Source: Candidatus Aminicenantales bacterium (GTDB taxonomy: Bacteria > Acidobacteriota > Aminicenantia > Aminicenantales > Saccharicenantaceae). From it: a DNA stretch of 64,000 nt. The position numbers and the translations under genes are program-made. The notes beneath the pieces were generated by a model that saw nothing but the letters and a program-made list of their open reading frames with translations, had not been told where the DNA came from and made no database searches. Positions 29,081-40,774 of this stretch are shown here, piece after piece (within the stretch, counting starts at the first letter, position 1; each line of letters opens with the position of its first letter). The stretch is taken from NCBI GenBank assembly GCA_049513915.1, contig JBEKVN010000013.1, positions 1,655 to 65,654 on the forward strand, in the 5' to 3' direction.

Positions 29081-29998
29081 AAAGGCCGCTTTCGTTTTTT
29101 CCAACCCTTCCCAGTTCTCGATGTTGTGAAGGCCCGGCGCCTTGGCCCAGCCGCGGCTCGCCCGCTTCAGGAGCCCGGACAGGACTTTGCCCGGGCCGAG
29201 CTCCACGCAAGCGTCGACGGCCATCTCTTTCAGGAGTTCCATCGATCTCGCCCAAAGCACGGCCCGGCTGACCTGGCGCTTCAGGGCGTCGCGCGCCTCC
29301 TCTCCTGTCCGGATAAGACGGGCGTCGACGTTCGTGATGACCGGAAAGTCCAGGTCCCTGAAGGTGACGGCGGCCAGGTCGGCAGCCAGACGGTCTTCCG
29401 CCGGTTTCATGAGCCGCGAGTGAAACGGGGCGCTGACCGGGAGCATGACTGAGCGGGGCGGCTTGATCAGGGCCAAGGCCTCTTCGACGGCCGCTTTATC
29501 GCCGGAAATCACGATCTGCTCTTCGCTGTTCCAGTTGGCGATCTCGACGGCCCCGGACTTCACCCCGTCCAGCCCCTTCTGGATCTCCGCGCCGGGGACG
29601 CCCAGGACTGCGGCCATGGCGCCGGCGCCGACGGGGACGGCCTCCTGCATGTACCTTCCCCTTTTGTGGACCAGGAGGACGGCGTCCTCGAAGCCCAGGG
29701 CGCCGGCGGCGACAAGCGCCGAGTATTCGCCGAGACTGTGCCCGGCGGCCACCTGCGGCTCCTTTTCAAGAAGGCGGGAGGCGATGACCCCGACAATGAG
29801 GAGCGCCGGCTGGGTGTTCCTGGTCAGCCGGAGTTCGTCCTCGGGACCATCGAAAGAAATCCTGGAGATGGAATAGCCGAGAGCCGCGTCCGCCTGACCG
29901 TAGAGCTCCCGGGCCAGCGGCGAGCGGTCGAAAAAGTCCTTCCCCATGCCGACGGCCTGCGACCCCTGGCCCGGAAACAGGTAGGCGATCCGGCTCAT
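29066..29998 (-). CDS. fabD: Malonyl CoA-ACP transacylase
   Basis: FPGQGSQ, TQPAL, GHSLGEY, VSAPFHS, ELGPGKVL. Confidence 0.96.
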   Translation of the reverse strand: MSRIAYLFPGQGSQAVGMGKDFFDRSPLARELYGQADAALGYSISRISFDGPEDELRLTRNTQPALLIVGVIASRLLEKEPQVAAGHSLGEYSALVAAGALGFEDAVLLVHKRGRYMQEAVPVGAGAMAAVLGVPGAEIQKGLDGVKSGAVEIANWNSEEQIVISGDKAAVEEALALIKPPRSVMLPVSAPFHSRLMKPAEDRLAADLAAVTFRDLDFPVITNVDARLIRTGEEARDALKRQVSRAVLWARSMELLKEMAVDACVELGPGKVLSGLLKRASRGWAKAPGLHNIENWEGLEKTKAAFSGLL

Positions 29999-30654
29999 GG
30001 CGTGTTCTCCTTGGCGGAATCGAGGCAGTCCTTGTTGATCCGGACCTCGGCCTGGCTTCGGATATTCCTGAGCCACTCGGCCACCTGGCGGGCCTTAAGG
30101 TTTTCCCGGACCCGGGCTTCGAGAGCGGAAATAATCGTCTCCATCTTCTCCGGCTCGAGCCCCTCCGCCTTCCGCTCCGGAACGTAGACCTCGCGGTAGA
30201 ACTTCTCCACGTCTCCCCGGGAGACGGGGACGGTCGCAGAGAAGCGTGTGAAGACGACCTTTCCATACCGGATCCGTTCCTCGAGATAAGGGCGCAGGTC
30301 GGCTTCGTCCAGGCCGAATTTCCGGAGCTTCGCCAGGAAAATATCCGGGCCCAGCTTCGCCCGGAGCGCGTCGACGGCCAGGGCGATCTCGTCCTTTCCG
30401 ATCGTCACGGGCTCGCGGGCGATTTCGAGCGCGATCTTCTGGTTGATGATGGCGTCGAGGACGGCCAAGCGCGGGTCGTCCGCCCGGCCCTCGACGTCCC
30501 CGGCGAAGAGCTCGAACTCGCGGGCGATCTGGAAGTCGGCCAGCGTTACGGCCTGTCCGTTGACGACCGCGACGAGACAATCCACGATCTGGGGCACGGC
30601 CAGGGATAGGCCTGCGAGGCCGAAGAAGAACAGACTGGTGATGGTTCTTTTCAT
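29995..30654 (-). CDS. SurA N-terminal-domain-like exported chaperone, no PPIase domain
   Basis: Signal peptide, IVDCLVAVVNGQAVT, C-terminal WLRNIRSQAEVRI. Confidence 0.75.
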   Translation of the reverse strand: MKRTITSLFFFGLAGLSLAVPQIVDCLVAVVNGQAVTLADFQIAREFELFAGDVEGRADDPRLAVLDAIINQKIALEIAREPVTIGKDEIALAVDALRAKLGPDIFLAKLRKFGLDEADLRPYLEERIRYGKVVFTRFSATVPVSRGDVEKFYREVYVPERKAEGLEPEKMETIISALEARVRENLKARQVAEWLRNIRSQAEVRINKDCLDSAKENTP

Positions 30655-30658
30655 GGTC

Positions 30659-33412
30659 TTAAAACACGTTCCCGAGAGTGATAAAGATAAGGGGCTTATG
30701 CCCGCGGGCCGCGTCGGGCGCGCCGAGCTTCCAGGCCAGCTCGAAGCGGACCGGCCCCAGCGGCGTTTTATAGCGGAGCCCGAAGCCCACGGCCGATTCG
30801 AGGCCCGTGAACCGGAAATCCTTGACTTGGGCGAAGACGTTTCCGAGGTCCAAAAAGCCCACCCCGGACAGGTCCTTAATGGCCGAGATCAACGGGAATC
30901 CCATTTCGGCGTTGACGAGGAACAACGCCTGGCCGCCGAGTGGGTGTCCCTCCGGGTCCCTGGGGCCGAGCATGTCGAAGTCCTCGCCCCGGAACGAATT
31001 GGCCCCGCCGGCGAAGTACCGCTCCGGGATGGAGATCTTGCCGTGCCCGAGGCCCAGGCGTGCCGTCAGCCCGAAATGGAGCCGGGAGAACGCGCTCCGG
31101 AAATACTGAAACTTAAAAAAGGATTTCCAGTAATCCGATTCCGTGCCCAGGACCGGCGAGGCCAGCTGGCCCACCCAGCTCAGGAAATAGCCCCTCTCTG
31201 GGTTGAGGCTGTCGTCCCTGCGGTCCCGGATCAGGCTCACGGCCGCGAGCGCCGTCGAATACGGCTGGAACCGGCGGTCGACATCGGACTCGGGAATTTC
31301 GAGCTTCGTCAACACCGTCCGCGTCCAGCTGAGCGTCGTGAGAAGCAGGAGGTCCCGGCGGAGGGGCCGGATCGTATTGAAGCTGAAGCCCCGCCGGTCA
31401 TAGGTGTAACTTATCCGGTCCTCCCGTTCGGTCCAGGCCAGGAATGACGGCTGCAGGGGAAGTCCGAAGAGGTAGGGCTGGTTCCAGGCGGCGATCGCCC
31501 GCTTCTCGATAAGGCTGTATTGGCCGACGAGGCTCAACTGGGCGGCCAGGCCCAGGACATTGCTCCGGATGTATTCTCCCGTCCCCCGGACCCGGTACTG
31601 GCTGTCCCAAAGGGCCAGGGAGTTGACGGCGTCCACGGTCTCGAAACCGATCCCGGCCCCGACGTAGTTTTTCTCTCCCTCGAACACCGAGATGACCAGG
31701 GTCTCGTTGTCCGCGTCCGTCTGGATCTCCTCGACGCGGGTCTCCGAGAAAATGCCCAGCCTTTCGAGGCGCTGCTTGGTCTCCTGGATGAGCGAATAAT
31801 CCGCTGGCGCCCCTTTCTTGATCCGGATCTCCTTGGCGATGACCGAGGCCCGGGTTGTCTTGTTCCCGGTGATCAGGATGTTCTTGACCGTGACGACCCG
31901 GCCTTCCTCGATCTCGAATTTCAGGTCGTAAAGGCCGTTCCCCCCGGTCTCGACCCGGGGGATGATCTTCGTCCCGCGCACGCCGTGGTTCAGGTAATAA
32001 TTATCGAGGATCCCGGCGTCCCGCTGGACGTTGGGCGGAAAGTACGGTCCGCCTTGGACGTCCACGAGCTCCTTGAGGAGCGCTCCGGCGGAAAAGAGCC
32101 GCAGCCCCGCGAAACTGATGGACTGGATTTTCCGCTGGAGCCCTTCCTGGACTTTGTACACGACGTGAATGCCATTGCCGTTTTCCGTCCGGCGCAGCTC
32201 GAGGTCGACCTTCGCGTCCGGGTAGCCGTTCGCCTGGTAAAGATATTCGATCTCGCGGGGAATGGCGAAGAGACGGTCGCGACTCAGGAGGTCGAAAAAC
32301 AGGACCCTCTCGCTCACCGCCAATTCCTCCTTGAGCCGCAGGGGCGAGAAGGCCTTGACGCCCTCGAAGGAGAAATCCTCGATCCGGTATTTCTTTCCCG
32401 GGGCCACAGCGTAGCTGATCCGGAGCTCGTTCTCCGGCCGTTCGATCCGGCTCTGCACGGTCGCGAAGACGTAGCCTTGTTTCCTCAAGTAGTTCAAAAT
32501 CCGGACTTCCCCCTCGGCGAGCCCCCACTCCTCGAAAATCCGTTCCTCCCAGATCGGGGTCAGGAGGCTCGTGGGGACCTTGGCCCCGGAGACCGCGATC
32601 GTGACTTTTTCCCGGGGATCGGCCTGGAGTTCGAGGCGGACGCCGCGGCCGGCCTCGTCGAACCGCTCGGCGGCGAGCTGGACGGAGGACCTCGGGTATC
32701 CGAGAGACGTATAGTAGGTTTCGAGCGTCTGGATGTCCTTGTCGAGCAACGACGGCGCATAGAAATCCCCGGGCCGGGTTTTCAGGCGTTTCTTGAGGTC
32801 GGCGGCTTTGGCGGAACCGGGGCCGGTAATATCGACCGACTGGATCCTGTATCGCTTCCAACCGCTGATCCTGAAGTAAACGTCCACTTGGGCGTCACCC
32901 GGGTCCCGCCTCGTGCTGGGGCGGACGACGGCGTCGAAATAACCCTCCCCCCTCAAGGCTTCCTTGAGCTCGTCGATGGCTTTCGGGACCCGGTCTTCGG
33001 CGAACACGCCCCCCGGCCGGAAGGTCTCCGTGGCCTCTCGCAGCCGCGAGGACTTGATGCCGGAACCGGTGAAATAGACCCGGCGGACGATGAGGTTCCT
33101 GGCGAGGAGAAACGTCAGCGCGGCGTTCGGTTCGCCGCTCCGCACGACCTGGATGTCGGCGAAGAGTCCGGTCCGGAAAGTCTGCTTGACGACCCGGTCG
33201 ATGACCGCCCGGGAATAGGTGTCCCCGGGCTTGATGGAGATGAGGTCGCGAAACGCCGCGGGCGCCGGCTTGCCGTCGACGAGGACGGTCACGCCGGTGA
33301 CGACCGCCGGGGGGGTCTCCGGCGCCTGGCCGGCCGCGGGAGAAGCGAGCGGGAAAGACCCCGCCGCGATCACGGCCGCGACAAGGAGACGGAACATGCG
33401 CCGGACGGACAT
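30659..33412 (-). CDS. Omp85 family (BamA/TamA-like) outer membrane protein with multiple POTRA domains
   Basis: Signal peptide, POTRA repeats (ITGNKTTR...LERLGIF), FAGGANSFRG, GFGLRYKTPLGPVRFE, C-terminal Phe. Start placed at MSVRRM. Confidence 0.9.
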   Translation of the reverse strand: MSVRRMFRLLVAAVIAAGSFPLASPAAGQAPETPPAVVTGVTVLVDGKPAPAAFRDLISIKPGDTYSRAVIDRVVKQTFRTGLFADIQVVRSGEPNAALTFLLARNLIVRRVYFTGSGIKSSRLREATETFRPGGVFAEDRVPKAIDELKEALRGEGYFDAVVRPSTRRDPGDAQVDVYFRISGWKRYRIQSVDITGPGSAKAADLKKRLKTRPGDFYAPSLLDKDIQTLETYYTSLGYPRSSVQLAAERFDEAGRGVRLELQADPREKVTIAVSGAKVPTSLLTPIWEERIFEEWGLAEGEVRILNYLRKQGYVFATVQSRIERPENELRISYAVAPGKKYRIEDFSFEGVKAFSPLRLKEELAVSERVLFFDLLSRDRLFAIPREIEYLYQANGYPDAKVDLELRRTENGNGIHVVYKVQEGLQRKIQSISFAGLRLFSAGALLKELVDVQGGPYFPPNVQRDAGILDNYYLNHGVRGTKIIPRVETGGNGLYDLKFEIEEGRVVTVKNILITGNKTTRASVIAKEIRIKKGAPADYSLIQETKQRLERLGIFSETRVEEIQTDADNETLVISVFEGEKNYVGAGIGFETVDAVNSLALWDSQYRVRGTGEYIRSNVLGLAAQLSLVGQYSLIEKRAIAAWNQPYLFGLPLQPSFLAWTEREDRISYTYDRRGFSFNTIRPLRRDLLLLTTLSWTRTVLTKLEIPESDVDRRFQPYSTALAAVSLIRDRRDDSLNPERGYFLSWVGQLASPVLGTESDYWKSFFKFQYFRSAFSRLHFGLTARLGLGHGKISIPERYFAGGANSFRGEDFDMLGPRDPEGHPLGGQALFLVNAEMGFPLISAIKDLSGVGFLDLGNVFAQVKDFRFTGLESAVGFGLRYKTPLGPVRFELAWKLGAPDAARGHKPLIFITLGNVF

Positions 33413-33413
33413 T

Positions 33414-36400
33414 CTAGAACCTTCTCCGATACTTGAGGTCGAGGCTAAACCTTCCCAGTTCGTTGCGGACGGCAACGAGGGAGAATTCGCTCCGGACCTC
33501 CCATTCCATGCGGTAGATCTCGTCCCGCTGGGTGGCCAAATTGGTCGAATAGATGAAGAGAAGGTTCCGCGATAGTTTTTTTCCAACGGTCAGGCGGGCC
33601 GTCATTTCCGAAGAGGTGCCGCTGACGAGCGGATCGATGCGGAACCGGTCCAGCGTGAAGAGCCCCTCGGCCCTCCTCTTGGCCTGGTCGGCGATCTGGA
33701 AAGAGAGGAGCGAGGCCGTGCTGATCGTCGTGCTTCTCTCGGGGGTATAGGAATAGGTGTTCTTGAAAGCTTCACCCAGGGCGAGCAGGGCCAGGACGTC
33801 CTCAGGCGGAAGCGGCGGCGACGAGGTGAATTCAGGCTTGATGCGGCTCGCATACCCGGAGAGAGTCATGGTCACTCGATAATCCTTGACGTACGTCTCG
33901 GCCCGGAGCTCCAGGTAGGGCTCCGTCGAGGCGGGGTTGACGAAGCTGACCCGGCCTTTGAGGATCCGGAAATTCTGGTCCTGGAAGATGAACGTACCCC
34001 GGAGGATCTCCATGTCGCCGAGGAGGACGGGGTCGGCGGCGCTGCCGGTCAGGCTGAGGTTGAACCGTCCCGTAACCTTGCCCAGCGAATTGTCCATCAG
34101 GGCGTTGTCGGTGGCCCGGAGACGGAGGTTGAGCGTCAGGTCGTCGAAAAACGAGGGCGCGGCGTTCGGCTCGTAGAGGGACGCCGAGGAGAAGCTGGTG
34201 CTCTCGTAGAGCTCCCGCCGCCAGGTGAGTCTCTTGATCAGAAAATCGCCGTCCAAGACGAACTGGCGGCTGTCCTTGATCAGGCGGACACTGCCGTCCA
34301 CGAGGGCCCTCGTCCGCTCGAGGGGGGCCAACTGCATGTCCTTGCCGTTCACGGCGACGTCGATCGTTTCGACCCCGGATTTGCCGAGGACGATGGACCC
34401 CGACCCTGTCAGGTCCCCGCCGCCGAGCTTGCCCTTCAGCTCGGTGAGGGTGAGCCGTCCGTCCTCGAAATGGATGCTCCCGGAATAATCGGTGATGGGG
34501 TGCGCGAACCGGGGAATGGGCAGCAGAGGGCCCTGGAAATTGATGGTGCTCGCGAAGTGGGGTGAGGATCGCGTCCCGCTGATTTCCGCCGTGAAGTCCA
34601 AGCGCCCCTGCGGCCCCGTCCAGGGAAGGAGAAGGTCGAGGTTCGTCAGATATCCCTTGAGGGTTCCGGTCAGGGCATCCCCGGACACCGGCGTCGCGAG
34701 GACGGCCTGGATTTCGTTGTCGCCGGGGGTTACGGCGCTCTTGAGCTCGAGAGAAAGACGGTCCCCCGTGTAGTCCAGACTGAAGTCCCCCTTGGCCGCG
34801 GTCGTCCGGAGGGGCGGGACGAGGAGGTCCTGCACGGTGAAATGGCCGGTCAGTCTGTCCTTCTCGAAAATGCCGCGGCCCGATACGTCGAGCGCCAGGA
34901 GGCCCTTCACGTCCGGAATGAGCAGGCCGATATTGATATTTTCCGCGCGGAGGTCGACGTCGAAAGCCCGGCTGACCAGGCCGACGAGGGCCCGGCCCTG
35001 GACCCGGCCGCCGTAAATGTCCGCTCCGATTTCAGGAAAGTCCAGCGTCCCGTCTTTCCAGTCGAATCGGCCCGCGACTTTTCCGAAAGTCTGTCCGAAG
35101 GCCTTGATTTCTGGGCTGGAGAATGTCCCGCCGACGTCCTGGCTCGTGGCCGTCTGAATCAGCCGGAAGTCTCCGGCGGCCCGGCCCTGAAGCGGGATGG
35201 GGATCTGGAGCAGGGAGAATACCCTGGCCACATCGCCCTCGGTGTTCCGGAATTCGACATCGGTTTTCTCCGGCCCGGCCGAGACCTGGATGTCTCCCTT
35301 GAAGTCGGGGTCGTCGACGCGGAATTTACCCTGAAATTCCTTATTGAAGATCACGCCTTCACCCTCGACGAAGGCAGCATCGAAGACATCGAACCCGGCG
35401 GGCTCGAAGGACCCCTTGATCGAGACCACGGGATTGTCCGAACTCCCGGTCAGCCGGACGTCGGCATATCCGGCTCCGCGGATTTCCGGAAAATCAAGCT
35501 CCGTCGCCAGGATCAGGGAGACGAATTCCCGGGCCTGCTTGACGTCCCGGACCGTTCCGCGGATCTCCGTATCCATGGTCCCGTTCAACGTGACCGTGGA
35601 ATGCGCCTCCAGGCGGGCAAAGCCCGTCTGGATGTCCCGGGTTGTAATGTCCAGGATCGCCGTCACGGGGTCGAACCGGACGCTGACGGCCCCGCGCAGC
35701 GAAAAACGGTTTCCCTCGCGGTCGAGCGTCTGGTCCCGGAATTCTCCTTCGGCTTCGAGCTTTCCCTTGGAGACGACGAACGTTCCCCAGGCCGGGGATT
35801 TCACGGGCCAGGCGATCTTGAGGTCGGCCATGACGGGGTCGAGGAAGGCGCCCCTGACCTGGCCCTCCACCTGGTCGCCCCTGAACACGATGGCCATGGA
35901 TTCGGGCGTCAGGCCCGTCTTCTGGATGTCCAGGCCTACCCGCCCGCCTTTCCCGAAGTCGATATCGATCCGGCCGCGGACCCGCCCCGCGGGGACGCCG
36001 CTGATGACGAGCCCGTCCGCGGCGATGTCGGAAGACAGGGAGACTTCGCCGCCCTTCCGCAGGAACTTCCCCTGCCCGCCGGCCTTCCCCTTCCAGCTGA
36101 ACGGGAGATGGATGAGCGCCGCGGCGTGGGCCATGTCGACTTCAAACCGGCAATCGAGGTCGATCTCAGGGTCCTGGATATTCTTCAGCCGGCCGTCGCC
36201 CTTCAGGGCCAGATCGGGACCTTCCACCGTTAACCGCTGGATCTTGATCTCCTGCCCGGTCCCGGAGAGCGCGACGTTCAGGCTGCCGCCGAATTCGATT
36301 CTCTCCGGAAGAGAGGTGAAGGCGACCTTCTCCGACGTCGCCTTGAGGCTGAACTCCCCGCCCCGCTGGGTGAAAAGGACTTTCAGGCCGCTGGCTTCGA

Positions 36401-36869
36401 CGGTCCCGCCCTCGGTCTCGTAGGAAAAAAGTCCATTTTCGATGATGCCGCGCTCGATGACGAAGGGCAGGGCAACCGGGGGCGCCGGACGCTTCGCGGG
36501 GCTTCCGGCCGGCTCCGCCCGGAGACGGATTTCGGGCTGGTCGATAATGACCCCGATGGACTTCTCGTTTCGCAGGAGCGAAAGGAACGATATCTCGATC
36601 CGGACCTGGCGCGCCCGGAATAGCGGCGGGCCGGAGAGGGAGCGGACGTCCTCGAGGATGATGGCCGGCGGGATATAGGACACCCGCAGCTCGCCGTACG
36701 CGATGGACTTCCGGAGCTCGTTCCGGATCTGGCCCAGGAAAATGTTCTTTCCTGCGATGACCCCCCCGGCGAGGAGAAAAAGGACGAAGAGCGTCGCCGC
36801 GAGCCGCCGGACCTTCCTGATCAGGTCCTGGATGTGCTCGCGGATCCGGATATGGGGGTGGATTCTCAC
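33414..36869 (-). CDS. tamB: Translocation/assembly module TamB (DUF490/AsmA-like)
   Basis: N-terminal anchor, beta-taco-like body, C-terminal [17 protein letters not shown]...TVGKKLS. Directly upstream of the Omp85 gene. Confidence 0.85.
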   Translation of the reverse strand: MRIHPHIRIREHIQDLIRKVRRLAATLFVLFLLAGGVIAGKNIFLGQIRNELRKSIAYGELRVSYIPPAIILEDVRSLSGPPLFRARQVRIEISFLSLLRNEKSIGVIIDQPEIRLRAEPAGSPAKRPAPPVALPFVIERGIIENGLFSYETEGGTVEASGLKVLFTQRGGEFSLKATSEKVAFTSLPERIEFGGSLNVALSGTGQEIKIQRLTVEGPDLALKGDGRLKNIQDPEIDLDCRFEVDMAHAAALIHLPFSWKGKAGGQGKFLRKGGEVSLSSDIAADGLVISGVPAGRVRGRIDIDFGKGGRVGLDIQKTGLTPESMAIVFRGDQVEGQVRGAFLDPVMADLKIAWPVKSPAWGTFVVSKGKLEAEGEFRDQTLDREGNRFSLRGAVSVRFDPVTAILDITTRDIQTGFARLEAHSTVTLNGTMDTEIRGTVRDVKQAREFVSLILATELDFPEIRGAGYADVRLTGSSDNPVVSIKGSFEPAGFDVFDAAFVEGEGVIFNKEFQGKFRVDDPDFKGDIQVSAGPEKTDVEFRNTEGDVARVFSLLQIPIPLQGRAAGDFRLIQTATSQDVGGTFSSPEIKAFGQTFGKVAGRFDWKDGTLDFPEIGADIYGGRVQGRALVGLVSRAFDVDLRAENINIGLLIPDVKGLLALDVSGRGIFEKDRLTGHFTVQDLLVPPLRTTAAKGDFSLDYTGDRLSLELKSAVTPGDNEIQAVLATPVSGDALTGTLKGYLTNLDLLLPWTGPQGRLDFTAEISGTRSSPHFASTINFQGPLLPIPRFAHPITDYSGSIHFEDGRLTLTELKGKLGGGDLTGSGSIVLGKSGVETIDVAVNGKDMQLAPLERTRALVDGSVRLIKDSRQFVLDGDFLIKRLTWRRELYESTSFSSASLYEPNAAPSFFDDLTLNLRLRATDNALMDNSLGKVTGRFNLSLTGSAADPVLLGDMEILRGTFIFQDQNFRILKGRVSFVNPASTEPYLELRAETYVKDYRVTMTLSGYASRIKPEFTSSPPLPPEDVLALLALGEAFKNTYSYTPERSTTISTASLLSFQIADQAKRRAEGLFTLDRFRIDPLVSGTSSEMTARLTVGKKLSRNLLFIYSTNLATQRDEIYRMEWEVRSEFSLVAVRNELGRFSLDLKYRRRF

Positions 36870-37510
36870 GTCCGGACGTTCCTCCAGTCTTTCAGAAAGC
36901 GCTCGATGCCGGCATCCGTGAGGGGATGATGGACGAGTTTGGCCATAACGGCGTACGGGATAGTGGCGATGTCGGCGCCCAGGAGGGCGGCTTCCACGAC
37001 GTGCCTGGGATGACGGACGCTGGCTACGATGATCTCCGTATCGATCCTGTAATTTTCGAAGATCGTGACGATCTCCTCGATGAGCGCCATGCCGTCCTCG
37101 GAGGCGTCGTCGAGTCGGCCGATGAACGGGCTCACGAATCGGGCCCCGGCCTTGGCGGCGAGCAGGGCCTGGCTGGCCGAAAAAACGAGCGTCATGTTGA
37201 CCGGGACGTTTTCCGCGGCGAGAATCTTCGTGGCCTTCAGCCCTTCGATGCCGACGGGGATCTTGACGACCACGTTGGGGGCGATCCGGGCCAGGGCGCG
37301 GGCCTCGGGGAGGATCTCCGCGGCCTTGGCCGCGACCGCCTCCGCGGAGACGGGCCCGGTCACGACGGCGCAGATGTCCCGGATGAGGTGCTCGAAGGCG
37401 CCGCTTTCCTTGGCGACGAGAGTGGGGTTCGTGGTCACCCCGTCGAGGATGCCCCAGCTGGCCACTTCACGGATTTCATCGAGGTTGGCCGTGTCGAGAA
37501 AGAACTTCAT
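36866..37510 (-). CDS. tal: Transaldolase, small TalC/Fsa type
   Basis: [35 protein letters not shown]. The Glu/Phe pair favours transaldolase over Fsa. Confidence 0.9.
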   Translation of the reverse strand: MKFFLDTANLDEIREVASWGILDGVTTNPTLVAKESGAFEHLIRDICAVVTGPVSAEAVAAKAAEILPEARALARIAPNVVVKIPVGIEGLKATKILAAENVPVNMTLVFSASQALLAAKAGARFVSPFIGRLDDASEDGMALIEEIVTIFENYRIDTEIIVASVRHPRHVVEAALLGADIATIPYAVMAKLVHHPLTDAGIERFLKDWRNVRT

Positions 37511-38289
37511 GACCCCTCCTTGCCGGATTTTTTTCCCGCCACCGTGTTCGACAGGACCCCGATGCCGTCGATCTGAACGTCCACCCTGTCGCCGGGGGAC
37601 ATGGGCCCGATGCCGGCCGGCGTTCCGGTGGCGATGATGTCGCCGGGCAGGAGCGTCATGATCTGCGAGACAAACCGGACCAGGAAAGGAACGGAAAAAG
37701 TCAGGTTGGACGTTGCCCCGGACTGGACGACCTTGCCGTTGAGGAAGGTCTTCAGGTGCAGCGCGCCCGGGTCGAGGTCCGTGACGATGCACGGGCCCAC
37801 GGCGGCGAAGGTGTCGAAGGACTTGGCCCGCGTGAATTGGACGTCTTTCGCCTGCAGGTCCCTGGCCGTGACGTCGTTGAAACAGGTGTATCCCAGGATG
37901 TAGTCCGCGACCGGGTCCTCCTCCCTCAGGAGGCGGGCTTTCTTCTTGATGACGACGGCCAGTTCGCCTTCGTAGTCCACGCGGGCGGACATCCCGGGAT
38001 AATGGATCTCGCCCTGGGGGCCGATCACGGCCGTCGACGGTTTCAGGAAGATGAGCGGCTCCTCGGGAACGGCGTTCCCCAGTTCCCGGGCGTGGTCGCT
38101 ATAGTTGCGGCCGATCCCGATGATCTTGGACGGTTCGACGGGGGCCAGGAGCTTGACCTCGCCCATCGGGATCGGGCTGTCGCCGATGCGGAAATCCTTG
38201 AAGATCGACCCTTTCAGGGGAAAGAGAAATTCTTCCTTAAGGATTCCATAGAGGATTTTCTTCCTGTACCGGAACCGGTAGATTTTCAT
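37507..38289 (-). CDS. Fumarylacetoacetate hydrolase family protein
   Basis: [42 protein letters not shown]. Confidence 0.93.
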   Translation of the reverse strand: MKIYRFRYRKKILYGILKEEFLFPLKGSIFKDFRIGDSPIPMGEVKLLAPVEPSKIIGIGRNYSDHARELGNAVPEEPLIFLKPSTAVIGPQGEIHYPGMSARVDYEGELAVVIKKKARLLREEDPVADYILGYTCFNDVTARDLQAKDVQFTRAKSFDTFAAVGPCIVTDLDPGALHLKTFLNGKVVQSGATSNLTFSVPFLVRFVSQIMTLLPGDIIATGTPAGIGPMSPGDRVDVQIDGIGVLSNTVAGKKSGKEGS

Positions 38290-38291
38290 GC

Positions 38292-39383
38292 TCAGTTCCC
38301 TTTCAGGTACACGGGGCCGCGCTCCGCCTTCGGGCTTTCGTTCCCGTTCGTGTCCACGGCGGACACGGCGTAAACATAGGCTTTCCCTTTCCCGGCGGTC
38401 GCGTCGGTGAAGGAGTTGCCGGCCACGGGGACGGCGGTCAAAGAGACGAATTCGAACCCGCCCTCCTCCTTCCGCCACACCCTGTAGCCGGCGATGTCTT
38501 CCTCGCGGCCGGCGTCCCAGCTCAGGGAAATCCCTCCGGGTCCGGAGAGGGCGACAAGGCCGGCCGGGGGGTCGGGCGGGAAGACGTCCTTGGCCATGAC
38601 GTCGCGAGGAGCGGAGTTCGCGCTCTCCACGGAGGCACCGGGGCCGGCGGCGCAGGCGCGAACGACATAGGAGTAGGGCACGCCGAACGAGAATCGCCTG
38701 TCCCCGAACGTCCGGTCCGCGATCGGGGAAGACGTCAGCTTCTCGGGTTTCCCGCGGCCTTCGGCGCGGTACACGTTATAGCCGGCGACCTCCGCCGGAG
38801 CGGACCCGTCGGTATTGGACTGGGGAGGGGCCCAATCGATCTCGATCCTGTCTTTGAAGACGCGCACGTCCTGGATTTCGGGAGGCAACGGGCAGACCCG
38901 CGTCTCGACCACGATCGGGGCGCTGAACTTGGAGGGGCGCTTCTTCGAGTCCAGAACCCGGACGGCGAAAGCCATGACGGAAGGCCCGGCTTTTTCCCCG
39001 AAGATGGGATAGGCGAACATGACATCCGGGGACCGGGTTGCGGCGGCGCGGGGGGACGGCTGGAACTCCTTGGGCAACACCCGGCGTCCGAGCCGGCCCC
39101 GCGCTTCGAAATCCGGGAGTCCGAGGGGCATCTTCCCCTCCCCCGGCCGGAGCCCGAGGACCCAGATCTCCGCCGCTTCGATCGATTCGAGCGGCCGGCC
39201 GTCGATCGATTTTGCGGGGTTCGTCCATTCCAGGATGACCGCGCCGCCCTGCTGATGGGCGGTGAGGCCCTCGACGGCCTGCGGCCCGCGGGCGAGGGGC
39301 GGCTGAAGGGGACCTTTTCTCCCGCAGGCGGCCGCCAAAAAGGCGGCCAGCCCGATGGCGATAATTCCCGCAGGTCGCTTCAT
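38292..39383 (-). CDS. Lipoprotein with an N-terminal CGxKGPL motif and fibronectin type III repeats
   Basis: Lipobox LAAA-C, CGRKGPLQPP, FN3 motifs (GYNVYR, GYRVWR, YAVSAVD..GNES). Confidence 0.85.
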   Translation of the reverse strand: MKRPAGIIAIGLAAFLAAACGRKGPLQPPLARGPQAVEGLTAHQQGGAVILEWTNPAKSIDGRPLESIEAAEIWVLGLRPGEGKMPLGLPDFEARGRLGRRVLPKEFQPSPRAAATRSPDVMFAYPIFGEKAGPSVMAFAVRVLDSKKRPSKFSAPIVVETRVCPLPPEIQDVRVFKDRIEIDWAPPQSNTDGSAPAEVAGYNVYRAEGRGKPEKLTSSPIADRTFGDRRFSFGVPYSYVVRACAAGPGASVESANSAPRDVMAKDVFPPDPPAGLVALSGPGGISLSWDAGREEDIAGYRVWRKEEGGFEFVSLTAVPVAGNSFTDATAGKGKAYVYAVSAVDTNGNESPKAERGPVYLKGN

Positions 39384-40774
39384 CAGAGAATAAAACGCCG
39401 GAGGTCCTGGTCCTTGAGGATGTCCTTCAGCTGGCGCTGGACGTACTCGCGGTCGATCTTGATGGTTTTTTTCCCGATGTCCGGGGCGTCGAAGGAGATA
39501 TCCTCCATCACCTTCTCCATGACCGTGTGGAGCCGGCGCGCGCCGATGTTTTCGGAATCGGCGTTCACTTTTTCGGCGATCAGGGCGATCTCGTCGACGG
39601 CGTCGGCCGTGAAATCAACGCGGACGTCCTCCGTCGCCATGAGGGCCCGGACCTGCTTGATCAGGGCGTTCTCGGGCTCGGTCAGGATCCGCACAAAATC
39701 GTCCTTGCCGAGGGAGGTAAGCTCGACGCGGATGGGGAAACGGCCCTGGAGCTCCGGGATGAGGTCCGAGGGCTTCGAAACGTGGAACGCGCCGGCGCCG
39801 ATGAACAGGATATGGTCCGTACGGACGAGCCCGTAACGGGTGTTGACGGTCGTGCCTTCGATGATGGGCAGGAGGTCCCGTTGGACCCCCTCCCGGCTGA
39901 CGTCGGGCCCGTGCCCCGACTCGCGGCCGGCGACCTTATCGACTTCGTCGAGAAAGATGATCCCTCCCTGCTCGACCCGCTCAATGGCCAGCCGGGAAAC
40001 CTGGTCCATGTCCAGCAGCCGTCTCTCCTCTTCCTCAAGGAAGATCTCGCGGGCCTCGCCGATTTTCACTTTCCTTCTCTTCGAACGGCCGCCCATGAAG
40101 CCGGGAATGAGCTCCTGGATCTGGAAACCGATCTCTTCGACCCCCGAGTTGGAGAAAATCTCGAAAGGCGGCGCGTTCTTTTCCTTGACCTCGACCTCGA
40201 CCATCCGCTCGTCGAGAAGGCCGGCCCGGAGCTGCTTCCGGAGCTTTTCCCGGGTGTCGCCGAATCTCTCGTCGTCCTCGGACTCGGGGGTGCCCTCGGG
40301 TTTTTTGAGCGGCGGAAGCAGGAGATCCAGGAGACGCTCTTCGACGTTGCTCAGGGCTTTTTCCTCGATCTCCGCGATCTTCTCCTGCTTGACCATGTCC
40401 ACGGAGATCCGGACGAGGTCCCGGATCATGGACTCGACGTCGCGGCCGACGTAGCCGACCTCGGTGAACTTGCTGGCTTCGATCTTCAGAAATGGGGAGG
40501 ACGTGAGCTTGGCCAGCCGCCGGGAGATTTCCGTCTTGCCCACGCCCGTCGGCCCGATCATGAGGATGTTCTTCGGGGCGATTTCGTCGGCCAGCTCGGC
40601 CGGAAGCTTCCTCCGCCGGAACCGGTTGCGGAGGGCGATGGCCACGGCCTTCTTGGCGGCCTTCTGGCCGATGATGTACTTGTCGAGTTCGGCGACGATC
40701 TCGCGCGGGGTTAGCTCGGTCTCGGGGCGGAGGCCCGGTGGGGTCTCGAAGCTCTCAGGGAGCGGAATGGCCAT
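39383..40774 (-). CDS. hslU: ATP-dependent protease ATPase subunit HslU
   Basis: [36 protein letters not shown]-terminal FIL. Confidence 0.97.
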   Translation of the reverse strand: MAIPLPESFETPPGLRPETELTPREIVAELDKYIIGQKAAKKAVAIALRNRFRRRKLPAELADEIAPKNILMIGPTGVGKTEISRRLAKLTSSPFLKIEASKFTEVGYVGRDVESMIRDLVRISVDMVKQEKIAEIEEKALSNVEERLLDLLLPPLKKPEGTPESEDDERFGDTREKLRKQLRAGLLDERMVEVEVKEKNAPPFEIFSNSGVEEIGFQIQELIPGFMGGRSKRRKVKIGEAREIFLEEEERRLLDMDQVSRLAIERVEQGGIIFLDEVDKVAGRESGHGPDVSREGVQRDLLPIIEGTTVNTRYGLVRTDHILFIGAGAFHVSKPSDLIPELQGRFPIRVELTSLGKDDFVRILTEPENALIKQVRALMATEDVRVDFTADAVDEIALIAEKVNADSENIGARRLHTVMEKVMEDISFDAPDIGKKTIKIDREYVQRQLKDILKDQDLRRFIL

